DNA from: an uncultured Gemmatimonadales bacterium
GTDB lineage: Bacteria > Gemmatimonadota > Gemmatimonadetes > Gemmatimonadales > Gemmatimonadaceae
Direction of reading: 5' to 3'
Length of the DNA stretch: 64,000 nucleotides
NCBI GenBank assembly: GCA_963850905.1
Contig: CAWKMU010000004.1
Location: 192,001 to 256,000, forward strand
The stretch's first letter is position 1. Each line of letters opens with the position of its first letter. The notes beneath the pieces are model-generated. The model was not told the origin of the DNA. It worked only from the letters and a program-made list of their open reading frames with translations, and ran no database searches. This document shows, one piece after another, positions 59,449 through 64,000 of this stretch. The position numbers were made by a program, and so were the translations under genes.

Positions 59449-59949
59449 CTACGGCTCGGCGTGCCCGAGCACGTCGTGCGCGTCGGCCATCTCGTGCGTT
59501 GGAAACGCACCCAGAATGGCGCCGCACTGCTCGATGAGTACCGCTAAGTACGCGTCGTCAACCTCGAACGCAAACCAGTGACCCTGGCTGTCGTGACGCG
59601 GGGTGATGTCGACTCGCACGTTCATCCTGCCCGGGGTCGTCCCCGGGCGCACACACAGCGACAGCTCCGGCCCTTCGGCCGCCAATAACGCGCACCCCGC
59701 ATGCGAGCGCGCGAGCTCAACCAGCCCCTCGCGAAAGCGCCGCACGCTCCAGCTCGTCAGGAGAATCCCAGGGATGGAGACCGTCGACCCCTGCGCGTCG
59801 CACGTCGCAGCCGCTCGGAGCCAGGTCGCATCCCAGGTATCGTCCGATGCGTGCGGCGCGCGCCCCTCCACCGCCAACACGAATCCGCCGAGTTGGAGCG
59901 AGAGCGCCTCATGGTCCTCGAGCTTGAGCGGCATGGTCGAAATAGACAC
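59449..59949 (-). CDS. Hypothetical protein resembling WapI-type immunity proteins
   Basis: WDATWL, EGPELSL, VDITPRHDSQGHWFAFEVDDAYL...ILGAFP. Confidence 0.6.
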   Translation of the reverse strand: MSISTMPLKLEDHEALSLQLGGFVLAVEGRAPHASDDTWDATWLRAAATCDAQGSTVSIPGILLTSWSVRRFREGLVELARSHAGCALLAAEGPELSLCVRPGTTPGRMNVRVDITPRHDSQGHWFAFEVDDAYLAVLIEQCGAILGAFPTHEMADAHDVLGHAEP

Positions 59950-60031
59950 AGACGAAAGGAAAGTGCCAAGCGGCCTGGGGTCTCAGTGGGACTCGTCTGG
60001 CCGCGTCCAAGGCCCGCAGACGACCCGCTGC

Positions 60032-60304
60032 TTATCTCCCCCGCATTATGGCGTACAGGCCGATCACGATCCACAGCGCATTGACGGCGACCGAGGGGTA
60101 GGCGGTGTGGTACCACGCGTTCAGCATGAGCAGGATCCCGCCGGCGATGTTGAGCACGCGAAACGATGTCGCGGTGCCCGAGAGACGGCCGGTCGATACC
60201 AGCGCGTACGGCACCAGGACCGAGACCGCTCCGATCCAGCCCAGGCCGTCGAAAATAAGACGAGAGGACAAGAGAGTGGGGTTGAGAATGAACAGAGGTG
60301 GCAT
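60032..60304 (-). CDS. Small membrane protein (CBU_0592-like)
   Basis: GWIGA...YAL...LNIAG...AYPSVAVNALW, 3 TM. Confidence 0.7.
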   Translation of the reverse strand: MPPLFILNPTLLSSRLIFDGLGWIGAVSVLVPYALVSTGRLSGTATSFRVLNIAGGILLMLNAWYHTAYPSVAVNALWIVIGLYAIMRGR

Positions 60305-60456
60305 AAACCAAGGGCCAGTTGGCGGAATGCGCCACTGGCCCTCGAGTCCGAAATCGCCATTCGACGAACTGCCTGTCGGTCGCTACGAGCCCTCGGTGGT
60401 TATCGCAGTGTCGTCAGCGGCCACGTGCAACCCGGCCGTTGGCCCGCCTTGGCCAC

Positions 60457-60846
60457 TCAGGGGCAATACGGCGCGCCCTCGTCTTCGCCTGCGGTGGTCG
60501 CGGCCGTGCCAATCGCGATGTGGCAGCCCGAGGGCGTCGCGCCGACGAGGCCGACATGGGTCGCGGTGCCGTCCCAGCCCGTCGCTGCAACCCCGCTGAC
60601 CCCGTACGTCACGCCTTGCGACGACTGATAGAGCGTCAACGGCAGGTCCGTCGTGTAGGTCGCATTGTTCGTGAAATACGCTTCCTCGGCAACGACCAGG
60701 TTGCGCAAATCGGCCTTCAACGTGGCGAGATACGCCTGCTGTTTCGTGTTGGCGAACTTCGGAATCGCGATCGCGGCCAGGATCCCGATGATGACCACCA
60801 CGATCAACAGTTCGATCAGCGTAAAGCCTCTGCGCGTGCGCATCAT
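60457..60846 (-). CDS. Type IV pilin-like protein
   Basis: G-FTLIELLIVVVIIGILAAIAIPKF prepilin motif, two C-terminal Cys. Confidence 0.92.
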   Translation of the reverse strand: MMRTRRGFTLIELLIVVVIIGILAAIAIPKFANTKQQAYLATLKADLRNLVVAEEAYFTNNATYTTDLPLTLYQSSQGVTYGVSGVAATGWDGTATHVGLVGATPSGCHIAIGTAATTAGEDEGAPYCP

Positions 60847-60946
60847 AAGCGGTGTCCAGTTTGGTGTGGCGACAGCTCCGATCCGGTGTCCGCGCGCTCA
60901 CGCGTTCGGCCCGCCAAATCGGGGCTCAGATTCACCCGGAGTACAA

Positions 60947-60963
60947 AGCAACTGCGTTGCCGC
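60947..60963 (-). promoter_or_regulatory. Sigma54 -24/-12 promoter of the pilin gene
   Basis: Minus strand CGGCAACGCAGTTGCT = GG-N10-GC, about 100 nt upstream of the ATG. Confidence 0.65.
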
Positions 60964-61711
60964 TCTTACCGCAGTTCGTAAGTCACTGCGCTGCCGTCAC
61001 TTACAATCCTACCCCCGGCGTCGGGACCGATTTGAATGCCGCAACCTGCGTGGCGTTTTGCACGGTGCACGCATCACAGGTATGCTCGCGACGTCACAAC
61101 GCGCGCTAGCCAAGTACCGAGAGCTGCGACCTCATTGATTGACCCTTTCGCGGGTGTCATCCCGCCGAGTGGCCGCAGGCAGATGGCGATCCCGCGCACA
61201 AATCTCCGATCCGGCTCGCGCGCCGACGGCACACACACATCTGAGTCAGTCGCGACTCAACCCCGCGTGAAGAGGTCCGGGTGGGCCGCATTAAGAATTT
61301 TCATTCACACACGCACCAGGAATCTTTCTTCCCAAATGTTACGGCACGATGCCACAACGTTTATGACAATTTTATTCGATCGCGCCAATTACCAAATCTA
61401 GATTCCCCGCGCTGATGGACAGCCGACGCTGCATCACCTGATGCACGTCTGTCCGCCGCGCGGGTATGCCGTCGCGCGGTGGTGTGGTGGTTCTGTCTCA
61501 ACCGGGCGGCGGATTGGGTTGCTCCCTAACGGGGCTTGCTCTCGCGGCCACGAGCCGAGCGCGCAGACGCTCGCTCGCGTTCCGACCTATTCGGATTGAT
61601 CGCTCCGGAGCCGCGGGCCACAACGCGCGCCCGCCCCCGTAGGCGCGTAGCCACGAGTGACACCGCGTTTTCCATTTATGCCCATACTCCTCGTTTCTCA
61701 CAGGGGGACCC

Positions 61712-64000
61712 GTGAAACAACACTTCGTCGGCGCGACTCTCCGCGTTCGACTAGGGGTGATCGTCGCGGCCGCGTCGTTCCTAGCGGTCGGAGCGCGAGC
61801 CCAGGAAGCCAATCGCATCTCTGGCCGGGTGATAGACGCCGCTGAGCATCAGGTGATTCCGGCGGCGCAAGTCGTAGTCACCGGCACCACGATCGGCATT
61901 AACACGTCGGACAGCGGCACGTTCACGTTCCGCGTCCCGCTCGATGCGAAGACCATGACGATCCGGCGCATTGGCTACCTCGCGCAGACCGTGACGATCA
62001 CGCCAGGGAAAACGGACTACACGATCAGCCTCACCAAGGACGTGCTACGCCTCGAGACACAGGTGGTCACTGGCGTGGCTACCTCGGTCGCTTCACAGAA
62101 CGCGGCCAACGCAGTGGCGGTCGTCACAACTCAGGAAGTCAACCAGGTACCGGCACCAACGCTGGAGAACTCGCTCGAGGGCAAGATCCCCGGCGCGGTC
62201 ATCGAGTCTAACAACAGCGGTGCTCCCGGTGGCGGCATTGAGATTCAGGTGCGTGGCGTCACGTCGATCTTCGGGAACACCGAACCGCTGTACGTCGTCG
62301 ACGGTGTGATCGCCGACAACGAGACGGTGAACGCCGACGAGAACGCGATCAACGGATCCGGCGGCGGCCAGACGTCTACGGGTCAGTTCGTGTCCGGCGC
62401 ACCAAGCATGGAAGACAACGCTCCGAACCGCATGGCTGACATCAACCCCGATGACATCGAGTCGATCGAGGTACTGAAAGGCGCGTCGGCATCGGCGATC
62501 TACGGCTCCAAGGCGTCGGCCGGTGTGGTGGTCATCACAACGAAGAGAGGCACGAGCGGCAAGGCCCGGTGGACCGTCAATGGTCAGGTCGGCCACTTCG
62601 ACCTCGCCAACACAGTCCGGGACCGCACGTTCCCGACGCTGGCCAGCGCCCAGTCGTGGTACATCGAAGACAAGACGCACGACACGGCGCCTGCCAAGGT
62701 CGCCGCGGACAACGCGTTCATCGCTGGGATTTATGGCGGCAACCAGGACTACCAGACACAGCTCTTTGGGAATCCGGCCGCCGCCTATCAGACGAACGTC
62801 AGCGTCAGCGGAACGTCGGGCAACACCCAGTACTACCTGTCGGGACTGTCCAAGTATGACAACGGCATCATGTACAACACGGGCTACAACAAGCAATCGA
62901 TCCGCTCCAACATCACGCAGCAGTTCTCGGCGCCGATCACGGTGTCAGCCAATCTGAACTACCTCCACACTGTCACTGAGCGCGGCATTCTCGGGAAACG
63001 ACAACATTGGTATCAGCCCGTACAATGTCTTCTCGTATACGCCGCAGTTCGAGAACCTGCAGACGGAGGGTCCGGACGGCGCGTGGCCATTCAACCACTT
63101 TGGTAACGCCAATCCGTTCGCGGACGCGGCAGAGATCAACACGCCGCAGGAAGTCAGCCGCTTCATCGGTGGCGGCAGCGTCAACTGGACGCCGTTCAAG
63201 ACCGAGCACCAGAGTCTCCAGCTCTCCGCGGTCGGCGGTGCCGACCTCGCGAGCCTCCACGACTTGCTGTATGCGCCGCCGTCGCTGCAAGTCGAGCAAG
63301 AAGTCCCAAGTGGACTCCCTGGGACGTCAGTCTCGAACGTGGCTCAGATCAACTACCTGAACTACCAGCTGAACGCCAGCTATCGATACACCGGACTCTC
63401 CTGGGCGGACGCCACGACCTCGGTCGGTTTCACACGTGACCGCCGCGAGACCTCGAACCCGGTGACGATCGGCTACAACCTGCTCGCCGGCGTCAACTCA
63501 CCGACGGTCGGCACGGTGCAGCAGAATTTCTTCTTCCATACCGAGTCGCTCGACCAATCGTTCTATGGTCAGGAACAGCTGCTGCTGCTGAACAACCGTT
63601 TCACGTTGACGGGCGGTATCACGGGAGAACGGTCGACGAACGATGGCGACATCACGAAGTTCTACTACTACCCGCACTACGCCGGTTCATACCGCATTCC
63701 GCAATTCGTCGGGTTTATCGACGAGATCAAGCTGCGCGCAGCCTACGGTCAGTCCGGGAATCTCGCCCCCTACGGTAGCAAGTACACGCCGTACTTCCCG
63801 ACGCTCATGGATGGCGGGAACGGCATCGCGGCGAATTCGCAGCTGGGCGACCCGTCCATCAAGCCGGAGTCCGAGACGGAGGCCGAATTCGGCTTCGACG
63901 CGACGATGTTCCATTCGCGGGCGCAGTTCACCGCCACGGTCTATCAGAAGCGCCTGACCAACCTGCTGTTGTCGGCCGGCGTCGCCCCGGGGTTCGGGTA
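61712..64000 (+). CDS. SusC/RagA-like TonB-dependent receptor, 3'-partial, apparent +1 frameshift at about 62995
   Basis: Signal peptide, carboxypeptidase-like N-domain, PLYVVDG, DINPDDIESIEVLKGASASAIYGS, GVVVITTKRG; next frame NDNIGISPY...KLRAAYGQSGN...IKPE stays open to the window end. Confidence 0.92.

Noticed and set aside
61036..61401. 121-aa ORF in the pilin-SusC spacer
   Set aside because: No RBS or motif, and it runs through AT-rich promoter-like sequence.

Overview
This is a GC-rich bacterial chromosomal window, inferred to be Gemmatimonadota from its gene-family mix (PadR plus ADOP permeases, a SusC-like TonB receptor, an Ig-repeat lipoprotein, a Hanks kinase with RCC1 repeats). 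It carries about 46 protein genes and 9 tRNAs. Housekeeping genes include uvrA, purE, purK, holB, moaC, efp and mntH/mntR. No integrase, transposase, prophage or CRISPR array is visible. At least nine frameshifts interrupt otherwise intact genes, and eight of them are net +1, which points to long-read consensus errors. Best candidates for undescribed systems: (1) a Kdp-like locus without kdpFABC, made of KdpE, a KdpD split into two genes around a CPA1 antiporter, and a His-less pseudo-kinase, divergent from an ABC transporter that lacks a binding protein; (2) a tightly coupled FHA / kinase-RCC1 / Ig-lipoprotein / TPR envelope signalling operon; (3) an EF-P with Asn at the normally modified Lys/Arg position; (4) an accessory uppS operon with its own candidate operator; (5) a Pho-box-like lipid-remodelling cluster; (6) intergenic 7-bp-period arrays, several in inverted pairs. 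All family calls are from motif recognition only; no searches were run.
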